Both the position numbers and the translations under genes were made by a program. A stretch of DNA of 64,000 nt. Source: Takakia lepidozioides. Taxonomy: Eukaryota; Plantae; Bryophyta. The stretch covers positions 11,098,001-11,162,000 of the forward strand of contig CM060732.1 of the NCBI GenBank assembly GCA_030704615.1, in the 5' to 3' direction. Within the stretch, counting starts at the first letter, position 1. Every line of letters starts with the position of its first letter. The notes under the pieces are model-generated. The model was not told the DNA's origin and made no database searches. It saw only the letters and a program-made list of their open reading frames with translations. Below, one piece after another: positions 23,401 to 36,595 of this stretch.

Positions 23401-25250
23401 TCTGATTCGTGCATTTATTACTGGTGCTTTGGGTATCCCAACTACTTTTTGAATGCCAACCTGCGAATAGATTTTCAGGGAATGTTTAAAATTTTAACAA
23501 ATCAATAATCATTCCTGGAACGCTAGGTAAGTGCGTGCACCAACATGAACAAGGTTTAAACTGAATTATACACGTTGCAGCCATGGAGTAAGATTTTACC
23601 CCATGTGATAGAAACTCTTCCTCACTCTGGAGATCTTTCCGTTTCAAGTCGCTCAGTTTTACAGCAAGTTTGGGACAGGCCAGGTCATGGACAGGCTTGG
23701 TCTGAAGTGTGGCTAGCGGGTCAGAATGTCGCCTCTCCAAATGGAAGCTGTCTGGCTCAGATCGCCCCATTGGCCTCTGCAATAACCTCTATGTTAGTGT
23801 TGAAAACAGGGAAGCCTTCTATGATATAATGGCGTTCCAAAAGGAAGACCTGGACGCTTGTCTCTTTACACAGGAGGGCTACTATCTTCCATCAGTTGCC
23901 AAGGACTCGGAAGCCCCTACAATAATACACCACTTCAAGACAGGTTGACCCGTCTTCTTTCCCTCCCTCTCCTAGTGAGCTTGATAGCAATTGGGGCAGT
24001 GGGTGTCGTTTGTGAGTTCGAATCTATGGTAGAAACACTTAAGTTTAGTAAGACCCTATTTTTGTCTTCATTTGAGCCATCTTCCACTTAAAATTATTGA
24101 GCTTAAGTAATATTCCTATGGACAACATTGTCAACAGTTGTCTATCCATCAACTTAACCAGCATAACATATCCCTGAAGTGTATCAGGCAATACTTGCCT
24201 GAGAAGATGCTCTTTTCCTTACAATCTGTCACTGATTGCCACTTTGGTGCACCTGTGCTCTTACCTCTCCCTGTGCCTTCACTCTGAGAAGCTCAAAGTC
24301 CTTCCACTCTGCATGTGTCCGCCCCGTTGATGGTTTTGCACTTGAGTTTTCCACACTGTCTCGTGGGACAACATTCTTGGAAACTGTCAGTGTGTGTTGT
24401 ACATCTGGAGCTATCTCTGTACCCTGCATGCAGTTCACCCGGATTAGAGGTCTGGGACAAGTCAATCAACAAGAAGGCTCACACGCTCTTAGCTAGATCG
24501 AATTTTCGATGTAGAATGCTCAAGCCTAACTTCCATGTGGAGAGACTTTGATGAACTTCCTGCATTCCAGCTTAAGGAAGACACAACTTCTGATAATGCC
24601 TACAACACTCCTGAGATATCACTCAAACAAAGTAGGCAACTAAAAGTTAACCACTCCAAGCTTGGACTTAGGGCCACCCCAACCATCCCATCAGACACTC
24701 TGTGCCGAGCGATCCAGTTCTTTTATGCTCTGGCATGGTCCAACATGTCGAACTTCCACGAGTGTTCAAGACATGCCAAGATCCAAACAGTCTTAAGCCT
24801 ACCCATAAGAAATTAAATGAAAGGGCACTTTATGGCTGGAAGCTCACCAATTGGTCTTCACAAATTTCAGCCTGCAGTTGCAAATTTAAAGAGATTCTTT
24901 CCGTCAAATCTAATCCAACTTTCCTCTGTTACTGAAGTGTCATTGACAGAAACCAAAGAGGAAAATGTGTCTCCACAGGTTTGGTCGTGAGCTTCATGAA
25001 GAACTTCTATTTGGTGTGCATGGTTATATAAGTGCAACCTACCTCAACTCATACACGAAGTTCTGATGGAAAGGTACCTGTACCATGAGTGGTGCTGGCC
25101 GTGCAGGTGGAATATTCTCTTTGGCCCTAGTCCTCTTTGTCTTCAACAATTGAGCCATCCGTGTCTGTAGATCCCTCAAAAAATTTGCATAACTCTTCTC
25201 CTTTTCACTTTTTGTGCGGTGGACTTCGTAGGTCGCCACTGTGGCTGCCT
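20423..25250 (-). CDS. Multi-exon coiled-coil protein, CCDC15-like (centriolar)
   Basis: Several exon-like minus-strand ORFs (25039-25239, about 23555-23780, 22760-22978, 22448-22636, about 21840-22348, 20423-20720). The last exon RYQSALRA...PALCNCG...CFKHCPLYRN...Y...L resembles my recollection of the CCDC15 C-terminal Cys motif. Exon borders and the start are not resolved. Confidence 0.5.
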
Positions 25251-25761
25251 CCTGTTAGATGCACGGATAGCCAATAGTGCGTCTGAATATCACAAGATTC
25301 AGAACCTCCTTATGCTAGCATACTAATAGGCCATGCAGGTTGGTGAGAAACACTCCACTCACTGAATGAAGAGGCATGTAACAAAGTGGGCTTGAAACTT
25401 CGGTCACAATGCCACAATAAGTGTTGCATTCATGCTCCACAGCCATGTCTGTGAGCAGCCTCCATGTTACTATTTGAACTTCAAATGAGTAATTTCTCCA
25501 ACGAGAACTTCTATTTGAAAATCAAGCTCTCTCTGACTAATTGATAGCAAGCTGGTCACAATTACGACTTCCACTTTTATATGAACGAAGTCTCAGGTCG
25601 ACCAATGGAAAGGCACATGCTAGAGGATTTTGGCTAACGCCATCAACTCTACATCTCATTTAATCAAAGATTAAAATTATGTGAATATGCTTTAATAGCA
25701 TTGTTGGACAAAAACACGGTCTTCATAATTTAGACTCTTAAATGTTTTCATTAAGGAGGAG

Positions 25762-25973
25762 TGTTGGTAACATTTAGATTATGTAAGTTATCATCCATAT
25801 AGAATGGATACGTCTATACGAAGGGTCACAACCCTTTTAAGGTATGACTGTTGAGTTGTTGAAGAGACATTGTCCTGTCTTCTTCTCTCTCATTCTTACT
25901 CATTCTTACATACATAAAATGGAGTAATCATACTCACTCTACACTAATGTTTGAGTGCTAGTATTTCATAACA
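25762..25973 (+). mobile_element. Copia LTR of the same family as 9861-10069, opposite orientation
   Basis: Near reverse complement of 9861-10069, with TG...CA ends. Preceded by purine tract AAGGAGGAG (25753-25761). No matching TSD seen. Confidence 0.9.
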
Positions 25974-27199
25974 CAAGCTTCAAGGTCGCCTTCCATCTGA
26001 AGGCTTGGTCAGATGGGTTTACAAGGAATCACGACCCTTGTGTCCTATCTCTCTCACGTAGTCTGGGCGAGTGTCAAGAAAGCACAAGATTCGGAGTGTT
26101 TCTCTATGAATGGACTTGCTCGAGTTCATGCTTTTTCTCATGGATGTATTCCATCCACATTAGCTTCCCGAGTCAACCAGGCTATGGCGGATCCACGTGT
26201 GTAGACCGACGGTGGAAACGAGATCTCTGTTTCTAGCCCTCCGTCCCGTCCCATTGCTGCATGGTATGGGACAATCGCACAAAGGTTTACTTGAAACAGT
26301 TATGATGCACACAGGACTCCTTTCTATGATCGATCACCGTAGATCGGCAGTGTTCCTTGTGGAGGTGTGGATCCCACCTCCCTGCACAATGCAATATCTG
26401 ACAATACCCCGGGTCCACCATCAACTCTCGGTGAGCTCAAATGAGTCGACTGTGAGCTTCGGTGTAATAGGAACCTTTGTGGTTGGTCAACCTCCCTAGA
26501 TATTAGTGTTTCATCTCTCTGCATGTGGCTAGAGTTTATTGGCGGAGATTTTCAGATTCTTGGGAGAGAGTTTGATTAATATAAGTACAGTTTTTAGAGT
26601 GGCTGGCAGTGACCGAGATGTGGGATTGTCGCAGATGTGAAAGAAGTGGGTGCCTCGGTTCAATTATGAATCTGGCCTGGTGAGTGTGGTTACGGTGTTT
26701 TTGTGGGTTTGTCGTCCTGCGGGTTGGAGTGAGGGGTATATGTCATGAAGCTTTGCTTGTGTTTCTTTCTGATGTGCTGACTTTGCTGCAGCTCCCGTTG
26801 GGGTGTGCTTTCATCTTTATAGATCCTGAACCTTGTGCACGGTAAAGTTTGTTGTCTTCCGGGAAGCTTTGTTGAGGAGCATAGAAGCTGAGTAATTGAC
26901 ATCTTTTGAGTGAACCGGAATGTTGTTTCCGGTTTCTCTTCTCTCCCGTGCTCAAGTTTTCTTGTAAATGGTGCACGGGATCTTTTCTTGATATCCACAG
27001 ACTTGACTGGCTGGAACAGGGGCACTGTAAGATCTCTGGTTAGTCGCGGGCTCCCATAATTTCCAAGCTCAGCATTCACGTGAACGCCGTCCTCTCAGTT
27101 GCAGTTGGTTCAGATCTAGGCTATCGGTGGCTTCAATTCGAGAGAGTATATGAGATTACGGTCTCAACCCTTGCGGTCCGATATCTGTCCAATTGCAGC

Positions 27200-28617
27200 A
27201 TGGAGATCCGGCCACCAATTGTCACTGGTAGCAATACCAACATTCCAGATTTAGGAACCCGAATCTCAGCAAAAGCGAGTGGATCTTGCGGTCGAAGGGA
27301 CAAGCACAGGGTTGCAATTGCCATTCAGAAATTAGATAAGTGTTTTGGGGGTCTATCTGGAACTAGAATATTGGCGAGCTCATGGAACACTGGGCCATAT
27401 CAGGGAGACTTATTTGTAAAATCCCGTGGATGGAGTGGGCAACAAAGCATTCAACGAGATAGAAAGAATCCACTGTCAGCCTTGTTGAATGCTTCTCGAT
27501 ACAGAAAGGAGAAAGCTGAGAAGGCGGAGGAAGAGAGTGCCGAGGATGACGGTGAGGATGATGAGCTGTGTCCAGTTGAATGTGTTCGGGAGTTCCAAGA
27601 CAGCAACGAACTAGATGGAATTCTGGAAGAATCAAAGCGCACCAAGACGCTGGTTGTAGTGGATTTTTACCGCACTGCTTGCGGTAGCTGCAGGTACATA
27701 GAGAAGGGCTTTGTGAAACTTTGCAAGGGGGCTGGCAACTGCAAAGCCTCTGTTGTTTTCCTCAAGCATAATGTATGTTCCCTTCCCCAGACCCTGTGGC
27801 TTTAACTTCTCTGTTTTGGGAGTGAGCACTCTGTTACAGATTTAGGTACAGATTTCAATTTCAAGGAAGAAACTTATCATATACTGGACTTTGCAGTCTT
27901 GAACCAATGAATTAGTGTTTGATTACACTCAGTTGTGATTGACACTTAAGGAAAGTTACCATCCCCTGACGGCACTCTGCCCTGTAACAAGCTTGCAGCT
28001 GGTGCACAGTACTGATTTAGAGTTGGTAGTCAATCATATGGATGGTTTTCCGCTGAGATATATTTTTCCGATCCATCCTCCTCAAAATGAGTATTTGTTC
28101 TCTGTGTGTTGCATATGAGGTTTCTGTTCTGCTCTGCTTTCAGCGTCCTGATAACTAGTTGGAAGATATGGCAGGATATCCTCATGTAAGCATTTGAAAA
28201 AAGGTGTGCCAATGTCTCACTGAAAGCGCACCTGTGCAGGTCATGGACGAGTATGAGGAGCAGTCAGACGTGGCAGCCAAGTACAAGATTCGGGTTGGTT
28301 TACTATTGAGTTTTTCAGACAGAAAATAACATAATGTACTCATGCCGTTCCCTACGCTGGTGTGGCATAGCCTTACAGCCACTGACCCCGAGGGAAACTA
28401 GTGACAGAACAAATGTGGGGTATTATGTGGAACTATTATGGGCTAATACTTGTTTGCTTGGAAGCAGGTGGTGCCGCTTTTCCACTTCTACAAGGATGGG
28501 GAGCTTGTGGAGTCATTCCCTACCCGAGAAAAGGGAAAAATTCTGGAGGCTATCTACAAGTATTTAGGCCAGACTGACACAATTGAGGACTGGAGTGATA
28601 TAAACGGCCACAAATAG
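27200..28617 (+). CDS. Thioredoxin-like 4, chloroplastic (Lilium-type, CGSC active site); exons 27200-27772, 28240-28293, 28468-28617
   Basis: ELCPVECVREF...VVDFYRTACGSCRYIEKGF...FLKHN|VMDEYEEQSDVAAKYKIR|VVPLFHFYKDG. Both introns are GT-AG, the frame is preserved, and TAG lies at 28615-28617. Confidence 0.92.
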
Positions 28618-29434
28618 CCATTCTTACAACTTATAATGTCGCCATATTGGAGCTTGGAGACACAACGACGACGCAGTATCATCAAGGGTCGAGGATTTGA
28701 CATGCAGGTTTGAATCACAAGAGGAATGGTGAATACACAGATTTTTCCCCCTCATAGAAGAGGCGACAGCAGTTGATTCCAGAAGGTTGGAACCAATTGA
28801 TTGGTGGGCCATGATGGTGCCAGGTCCCTGGATGACTGCAGTGGAACTGTGTTGTCACTATGCAGACGCATGCTGTCTGTTGATTGCCAAAATGGTGTCA
28901 GGTGTGTCATTGTCAACAGATGAGGACCGTTCTAGTCAGGTTGATTCATTATGGCAGATGATTTGGAAGGCCATCCAGTCTGCTCCCTTCGCGTCTTTCA
29001 CGTAGCGGTCTGTTAAATGCGACACTTGTGTACTAAGATTGAAGATAGGCTGCTGCATAGAGAGAGATGATGTCGACCCAAGTCAGTACAAATAAGAGCA
29101 TCCTCCCTTGCACTCACAGCCCTCTATTGGGGTGGGCTCTAGGGAACTGTATAATGATTTTTGGGATAGGGACAATTTTCAATCCCACCACTTAGTTGTT
29201 TCACCGTATCATATTCAATGTATTCATCTGAGAGCTTCAGGAATCTGAGTGGGATTTCGTGTGAAGTTCAACTAATCGATGAGGCGCTGGAGAAGAACCT
29301 GGCAGCTTATCGAACCAAAATGCACAGCAAAATATGAAAGTACAGTGCAAATGGAATGTGATGCCATCTCGGTGACAAAACATTATGAGGCCACAATCTA
29401 ATCGTATCCTAAAAGATCCTAGTAGTCCCTCAGG

Positions 29435-30051
29435 ATGAAGAGACGCCATAATTTAGGCTTCTTAAATCCTGAAAGAAAACCATTTGATCCTGCCGGAGAC
29501 CATTTGCAGCAGGTGGAGGGCTCCTTTTCTGAGTTCGTGTCTCCTTGCTATCGGAGTTGGTGTGGAACATTGGTCAACAAAGATGGTCCAGGTAGTTGCG
29601 GAGGAGGTGCTGCAATTATCAACCAATTCAAAGCTTTTGTGCGAAATTTCATTTGGGGTGCTTCCATCTGGGGTGCATCCATTTTGCTTCTGAACTTTCT
29701 TGCAGGATCTTTATGATCAAATTGTCTTGTTTGGTCATTAAAGAGCTCATACTCCGGATAATTTGGAAAGCTCGTTGTGCACTCGTCTTTGATGGCAAAT
29801 CGTCTAATCTGAGGGCTATGCTGTTTAAGGTTCAGACGTGTTGTGCTGAGGCTCGGAAGGCTTGGCAGGTCTTAGGAGAAGCTCTTTGTAGATGTAGCCA
29901 GAGGGGAAGAACACAATTACTCACTGAATTTGACAACACTCAAGGCAAAGGAGCTCAAATCTGTTCTAGAGACTCGGATACGAGAATTCACTGGTGTGAC
30001 ACCATCCCACCAGGCTGGGCAGTTTGCATAGTACAAGGTGTTTTCCTCTAG
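29435..30051 (+). pseudogene. Possible 3' remnant of an L1-type LINE ORF2
   Basis: Weak motifs only (RNFIWG; IIWKARCALVFDG). Confidence 0.35.
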
Positions 30052-30299
30052 AGGGTATCAAGGAACCTGAAATTAATTAGGATGCCAGCTAGTGCCAAGT
30101 TTTTGTTTCTCGGCAAGACAGAAGGCCACGTCAAGTTCTGGCTAAACCCTAATATATTTTAGCCAAAACATCACATTATTTTTAGCCAAATAACTATATT
30201 GTTAATAGTTGAATTATTGAAGGGGAAGAAGAGTTAAATCTCAAAGGGTGCCATATGGTCTCAACAGTCAACCATGACCAAGAAGAACAACCCGAAAAT

Positions 30300-31140
30300 A
30301 TTTATTACATTTATTCTAATGATCCCTTAGAGCCAATGTAAGGATCTCTTAAATTGGGGAAAAAAAAAAAACTAAATTGCTATTTACGTTCGTTGTAAGG
30401 ATCCCTTATAGCATTCTAAGGATTTCATAGAGCGGAAAACAAATCGGTCGACCATGACGCAGAAGATAAACCTTAACATATTTTTTACATTTATTCTAAC
30501 GATCCCTTAATATCCTTAGAGCCAATGTAAGGATTTGTTTAGATTGGGAAAATAGAATAAGCTAAATTGCTATTTACGTTCGTTCTAAGGACCCCTTAGA
30601 GCCGCTCTAAGCCACTCTAAGGATTTTATACAGTGGAAAAACAGAAAAAGCTAAATTGCTATTTATATTCGCTCTAAGAATCCTTTAGAGCCGCTCTAGG
30701 GGTTTTTTAGAGTGGAAAAACAGAAAAAAACTAATTTTTATTTACATTCGATCTAAGTATTACTTAGAATAAGAAAATAAAAAAAGATAATTGCTATTTA
30801 CATTCGCTCTAAGGATCCTTAGAGCCGCTCTAAGCCGCTCTAGGATTTTCTACAGTGGGGTACAGAAAAAGCTAAATTGCTATTTGTATTTGCTCTAAGG
30901 ATCCTTTAGAGCCACTCTAAGGATTTATTAGAGCGGGAAAACAAAAAAAATCTAAATGGCTATTCACATTTGATCCAAGCATTACTTAGAGCAAGAAAAC
31001 AGAATAAACTATATTGCTATTTGTAATCACTCTAAGGATCCCTTAGAGCTGCTCTGAGTCGCTCTAAGGATTTTTTAGAGTGATTAAAAAACCAACACAT
31101 TCACTCTAAGAGTTTCTTAGAATCAGTCTAAGGATTTTTT
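30300..31140. repeat. Degenerate tandem array built on the palindromic core CTAAGGATCCCTTAG with TTGCTATTTACATT spacers
   Basis: About 10 imperfect copies visible. Confidence 0.8.
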
Positions 31141-32569
31141 ATTGCGTCATTGGATTGAATTGGTATATCAGATTACCATCAATATTATACATGTCATATT
31201 TGATGTATACATATGGATATATATATATTATACAATATACGAATATGAACTCCTATATCAGATTGGACTGGTTTCAGCACTGGTTTTCAAAAAAAATAAA
31301 AATGTATAGAGATTCAAACCCTTATAGCTATCCATTATAGCATACAAAATTATGGCCCAAATGCCTTAAAGATTAACCATAAAGGTTAAAAAATTTGAAG
31401 ATTTTGAAATATAATATGATAAACAATTTGATTGAATGGATTTTGAATTTATGCAAAATAACGAAGCGCCAGAGCCAGGACCTACTCCACGTTTTTCGGA
31501 ATCTGATTACAACATTCCTGCTATTGTTGGGTATCGGCAATCTTTAGACGAGAGATGTACCAGGAAGTTTGGCAAAAGTTACACAAGCACTTCATTTTAC
31601 GTATCTGGAGCTGCATGGTGTTTAAAAACTTAAATGCCGTTCTGGATTTGCTCCTACGTGGTCTTCCACAGCCAGCGTTCATCATGTCGCAGGAGGATTG
31701 TATCATTTCCCCAAGCAATCTGCACCCAAATTACCGAACGGGACAAGATCAATCTGAGGGTTGAAAATATGATATAATATAGTATTATACATTATACTTT
31801 AAATACATATTATATTATATTATATATATTAATTATTATTCGTTAAATAAATTCGTTAATATAAATAGTATATTTGAAATACTTGAAGTTTTTGAAATGT
31901 AATATGATAGATAACTTAATTGATTAGATTTAAATTGGAATAATGAATCTGACATTGAAAGCATGATATAAATTGATAATATATTTATTTTTATAATATA
32001 TAATATACATCATTATGTTTAAATTAAATAAATATATTATAATTTTAGTTATTTTAATAAATTTATATAAATAATATAAATATTTAAGATTTTAAATTTG
32101 AAATATGAAAATATAATGATGAGATATAAAGTGATATGAATAAATAATTAAGTAGTAAGTAAAAATAATGATGATTGATGATTGATTTATGATAATGGAT
32201 GGAATGATAATTGACTAGTTGATGGATAGAATCATAGTTGATTTATGCAGCGACGTCGTTAGACTATAGCTAGATTTTAAAATATATTTACTTATTTATT
32301 GAATTTATTTATTTAATATACTATAAATATTCGTTCTTCATATACTTATTTATATTATATATATGATTATGATTGTAATTAAATATTTATAATCTCTAAG
32401 TTGTATATATTATATTGATATCATGCTTGAATATCATATACACTATAGATTATGATGTAACATTCAAAGTGGCATAATCACAGTGTAATGAATTTTGATA
32501 ATTTCTTGGAAATATAAGATAGTGTTTTTGGTAGTTATCTGATAGTGTGTCAATCTATTTTCCCAGTCT

Positions 32570-34450
32570 TGGGACTCTTTAGGGCGCACTAAGAAGTTCT
32601 AAGGGCAATTATAAATAATAATTTACATCTTTCAATTTTCCCTTTCTTAGGACTCTTTAGGATGACCCTACGGAGTCCTGAGGGCCATTATAGATAATAA
32701 TTTATATGTTTCTATTTTCCCCTTCTTATAACCCCTTAGGTTGCCGAACAGGTCTTAAGGGCGATTATTTATGTCTTTCCATTTTTCTCCTCTTAGGACT
32801 GTCCTAAGAAGTCATAAGGGTAATTATAAATAATAATTTATATATTTTTATTTTCCCCCCTCTTAGGACTCTTTAGGCGGCCCAAAGGAGTCCTAAGGGC
32901 AATTATAAATAATAATTTATATATTTTCATTTTCCCTCTCTTAGGACTCCTTAGGGCCACCCTAAGGAGTCCCAAGGGAAATTATAAATAATAATTTACA
33001 TCTTTCAATTTTCCCCTTCTTAGGACTCCTGAGGACGGCCTAAGGAGTCCTAAGGGCAATTATAAATAATAATTTATATGTTTCTATTTCCCCCCTCTTA
33101 TAACCTCTTAGGTTGCCTAAACGGGTCTTAAGGGCAATTATTTATGTTTTTCCATTTTCTCATCTTAGGACTCCTTAGGACTGTCCTATGAAGCCCTAAG
33201 GGTAATTATAAATAATACTTTACATTTTTATTTTCCCCTCTCTTAGGACTCCTTAGGGCCGTCATGAGAAATCCCAAGGGCAATTATAGATAATAATTTA
33301 TACGTTTCCATTTTTCCCCTCTTATAACCCCTTAGGCTGCCTAAACGGATCTTAAGGGCAATTATTTATGTCTTTCCATTTTTCTCCTCTTAGGACTCCT
33401 TAGGACTGTCCTATCCTAAGAAGCCCTAAGGATAATTATAAATAATAATTTATATGTTTTCATTTTCCCTCTCTTAGGACCAGTGTTTTTTATTTCAAAT
33501 TTTGAAAAGAACAGGACTGGCTACTGAGTTTTGCAGGAAATAGCCATATTTTCTGCTCATCCACTGAAATTTGGACAGAATCATCCTCCTCTGTACTTTC
33601 ATCCATGTATATCATCCATATTATGCGAATTCATCCAATATTTATATTTTCTTTTGGGAATTTTGGCGATTTCATCCATGAGAAAATAGGGAATTTACGA
33701 CAAAATATTCGATTTTGATTTTTGAGGTAAAAAAAAGTGCGAAATTTCTCCAGAAAAAAAAACACTGCTTAGGACTCCTTAGGGCCCGGCCTAAGCAGTC
33801 CTAAGGGCAATTATAATAATAATTTATATATTTCCATTTTCCCCTCTTAGGACTCCTTAGGGCAGTCCTAAGGAGTCCTAAAGGCAACTATAGATAGTAA
33901 TTATATGTTCGATTTTCCCCCTCTTATAACTCCTTAGGTTGCCTAAACGGGTCTTAAGGGCAAATATTTATATCTTTCTATTTTTCTCCTCTTAGGACTT
34001 CTTAGGACTATCCTAAGAAGTCCTTAGGGTAATTATAAATAATAACATATATGTTTTTATTTTCCTATAATTTATATATTTCTATTTTCCCCCTCTTAGG
34101 ACTCCTTAGGGCCACCCTAAGGAGTCCTAAGGGCAATTATAGATAAAAATTTATATGTTTCCATTCTCCCCCTCTTATAACCCCTTAGGCTGCCTAAACG
34201 GGTCCTAAGGGCAAATATTTATGTCTTTCCATTTTTTCCTCTTAGGACTCCTTAGGACTTTCCTCAGAAGTCCTAAGGGTAATTATAAATAATTATATAT
34301 ATGTTTTCATTTCCCCCCCTCTTAGGACTCTTTAGGGCCACCCTAAGCAGTCCTAAGGGCAATTATAAATACTAATTTACATATTTCCATCCTCCCCCCC
34401 TTAGTAATCCCTAGGGCAATCCTAAGGAGTCCTAAGGGCAGTTATAAATA
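32570..34450. repeat. Degenerate tandem array (about 60-70 bp units; CTTAGGACTCCTTAGG...CCTAAGGAGTCCTAAG hairpin plus AATTATAAATAATAATTT)
   Basis: More than 20 imperfect copies with an apparent higher-order pattern. Interrupted by a MITE at 33481-33767. Confidence 0.9.
33481..33767. mobile_element. hAT-type MITE (287 bp)
   Basis: TIRs CAGTGTTTTTT / AAAAAACACTG and a perfect 8-bp TSD CTTAGGAC (33473-33480 and 33768-33775). Confidence 0.95.
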
Positions 34451-34582
34451 AATATTTTCTATTTTTTATTTTTAACATAGGTACTAACACGTAAAGGTTT
34501 ATTTCAAAAAAAGATGTCAGTACATTACAAATGGATGTATGAACGTTTATAAAAAATAGGGTTTTGTTTTAATTATAATAAA

Positions 34583-36280
34583 TGTCATGGTTTTGGTCAT
34601 GGTTATCTAGAATTACCTACTTCTAGTTAACTAGGACATTTTAGATATTTATATTTATATTTTGTGTGTTGGGACTTCATTGGGTCTCACATGCCAAGTG
34701 AGGCGTCGAGCCTCAATTGGGACATGGGGATATGTTTTCCCCTTGTGAGGATGGAGGAGGCTCATCTTCTTGTAGTTGAGCCTCCATGAGCTTCTCTCAC
34801 CTCCATAGCTCTAGGTATTGAGAGGGAGTGTGTTGAGGGCTTTGTAGGGTGGATTCCCTTGGCAAGGGTGCCCTTGGCTTGACTTGTTTATGTGATAGAG
34901 TGGATTTCACTTGGAAGGACTAGGGCTTGTTCTTAGTGTGATTGCTTCATGCTTTGAGAGTTTTCATTGTCTTCCACTTCTCTCATTTCTCATCTCTTAT
35001 CACTACAAGAAGATCTATTTATGCTTGTGAGTGCGGAGTGTAAGGATTAGTTTTGCACTTGTATATTAAAGAGGTTGAGAGCTAGGAGAATTTAGCTCTT
35101 GTATCACAAGGCTTGCAAGGGGTTGCAAGGAAAGGTGCTCGGGTGTTGCATGCACCAAGGAGTTGGAGAGCTTGAGAAGGAAGCTCTTGAGTTACAAGAT
35201 TTTGCAAGGATTGCAAAGAGGAAGTCTTGTGTGTGTGGAAGCAATGATTCTAGGGTTTGAGAATCCTTTGTATGCATTATGGAGTCAATGGTGTGCGCCA
35301 TGGTTTATGGAGAGTGATTAAAGGATTGTTAGTGCTCATTTCACTATCAAGCTAGGGTTAAGCAAGTTCAAGGTGTGGATGTTGTGGAAAAGAAACCAAT
35401 GAGCTACATAGGCTTGGGCTTGAAGACAACAAGGGCAAGTACTTGGAGAGCACTAAGAAGCTCAAGAGGTTTTTGAAGGGAGAATGTGAAGAAATGTTCC
35501 AATCATGGTGGTGTGGAGCCAAGCTTAGGGCGCCATTGGAAGGGCTTGGAGAACATATGGTGGAAAATCCTTGAAGGAAAATCATCATTCAATGTATGCA
35601 TAGCTTCACCCTAACTATGTAATGTGACAAGAGGGGGAGGCAATACTTGGCTATTCATGCTCTTGGTAATGCGAGCTTTGTGGTGGATAGTTGACCAAGC
35701 AAGTGGTGCATGTGTGGAGCATGCTCTCTTGAGTTTGTAAGTTCAAGTTTGAGAAAGGGAGCTCTTGAACTAGCAAGAGGTGAAGGCCTTGAGATCCATT
35801 TGTGTGTGAAGTGGAGAGGTGTTGATTCATGTTATGATGAAGGAGAGCAACACGTAGGCAAAGAGGTCATGGAACATGCATTCAAATGACTAAGGGGAGC
35901 ACATGGATGATGAATTGGTGCAAGACCCCAAATGGCGTGAGAGTGGGATCCAAGGCGGATTGCTTGGGAGCATTATTGTAAGTGACAAGCATTGCTCCTA
36001 CACATTGAGATAATTTGTGTTGATTTGGAACAATTGTGTGATGAGGAGACAAATGCATGATTGTTCGGCAATGGAGATATGGTAGTTTGCAATCAAATCC
36101 CAAGGACTAGAAGGGGGATTGATTTGGTGGACAATGACTTGCAAGTTGAGTTGGACCACTCTTGGTTGCACATTGGGGTGGAAGAGAGCAAGAAGATGTC
36201 TCTTATGATCACCTAGAGACCATATTTTTGCTTGAGTAGAAGCATAGAAGCCAAGGACTTGCATTCTAGCTCTTCATTAC
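34583..36280 (+). mobile_element. 5' fragment (X-type repeat 34583-35002 plus leader) of a third, divergent relative of the DNMT-Gypsy family
   Basis: TGTCA...TTATCA ends. Hairpin GGAGGCTCA-loop-TGAGCCTCC. The adjacent site CTACAAGAAGAT (35003-35014) is complementary to 34764-34775. Leader motif TGCATGTGTGGAGCATGCT is shared with the copy 2 leader. The right boundary is approximate. Confidence 0.75.
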
Positions 36281-36294
36281 AAACCCTAGTAGTG

Positions 36295-36590
36295 TATGAT
36301 GAGACTATACCTCTGTTAGTATACCAAACAGGAGCTTGTCCCTTTGACTATACCTTTGTTGAGGTATCACCATATGTGAACCCTAATGTGAGACTATACC
36401 TCTGTTAGTATACCAAACAGTAGCTTGTCCATTTTACTATACCTAAGTTGAGGTATCACCATATGTGGACCCTAATCAGCTCAGACTATACCTCTGTTAG
36501 TATACCAAACAGAACCCTCATTTTCAGACTATACCTCTGTAAATGTATCATCAACATAAGGGACCCTAGCAACCTCAGACTATACCTTTG
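36295..36590. repeat. Tandem repeat of about 90 bp with GACTATACCT subunits
   Basis: AGACTATACCTCTGTTAGTATACCAAACAG recurs near 36302, 36391 and 36483. Confidence 0.8.
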
Positions 36591-36595
36591 TGTCA

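Noticed and set aside
9861-25973. The two Copia LTRs as the ends of one element
   Set aside because: They are in inverted orientation and flank host genes, so they are independent insertions.
32570-34450. CRISPR-like palindromic repeats
   Set aside because: The intervening sequences are also repeated, the units are degenerate, there are no cas genes, and the context is eukaryotic.
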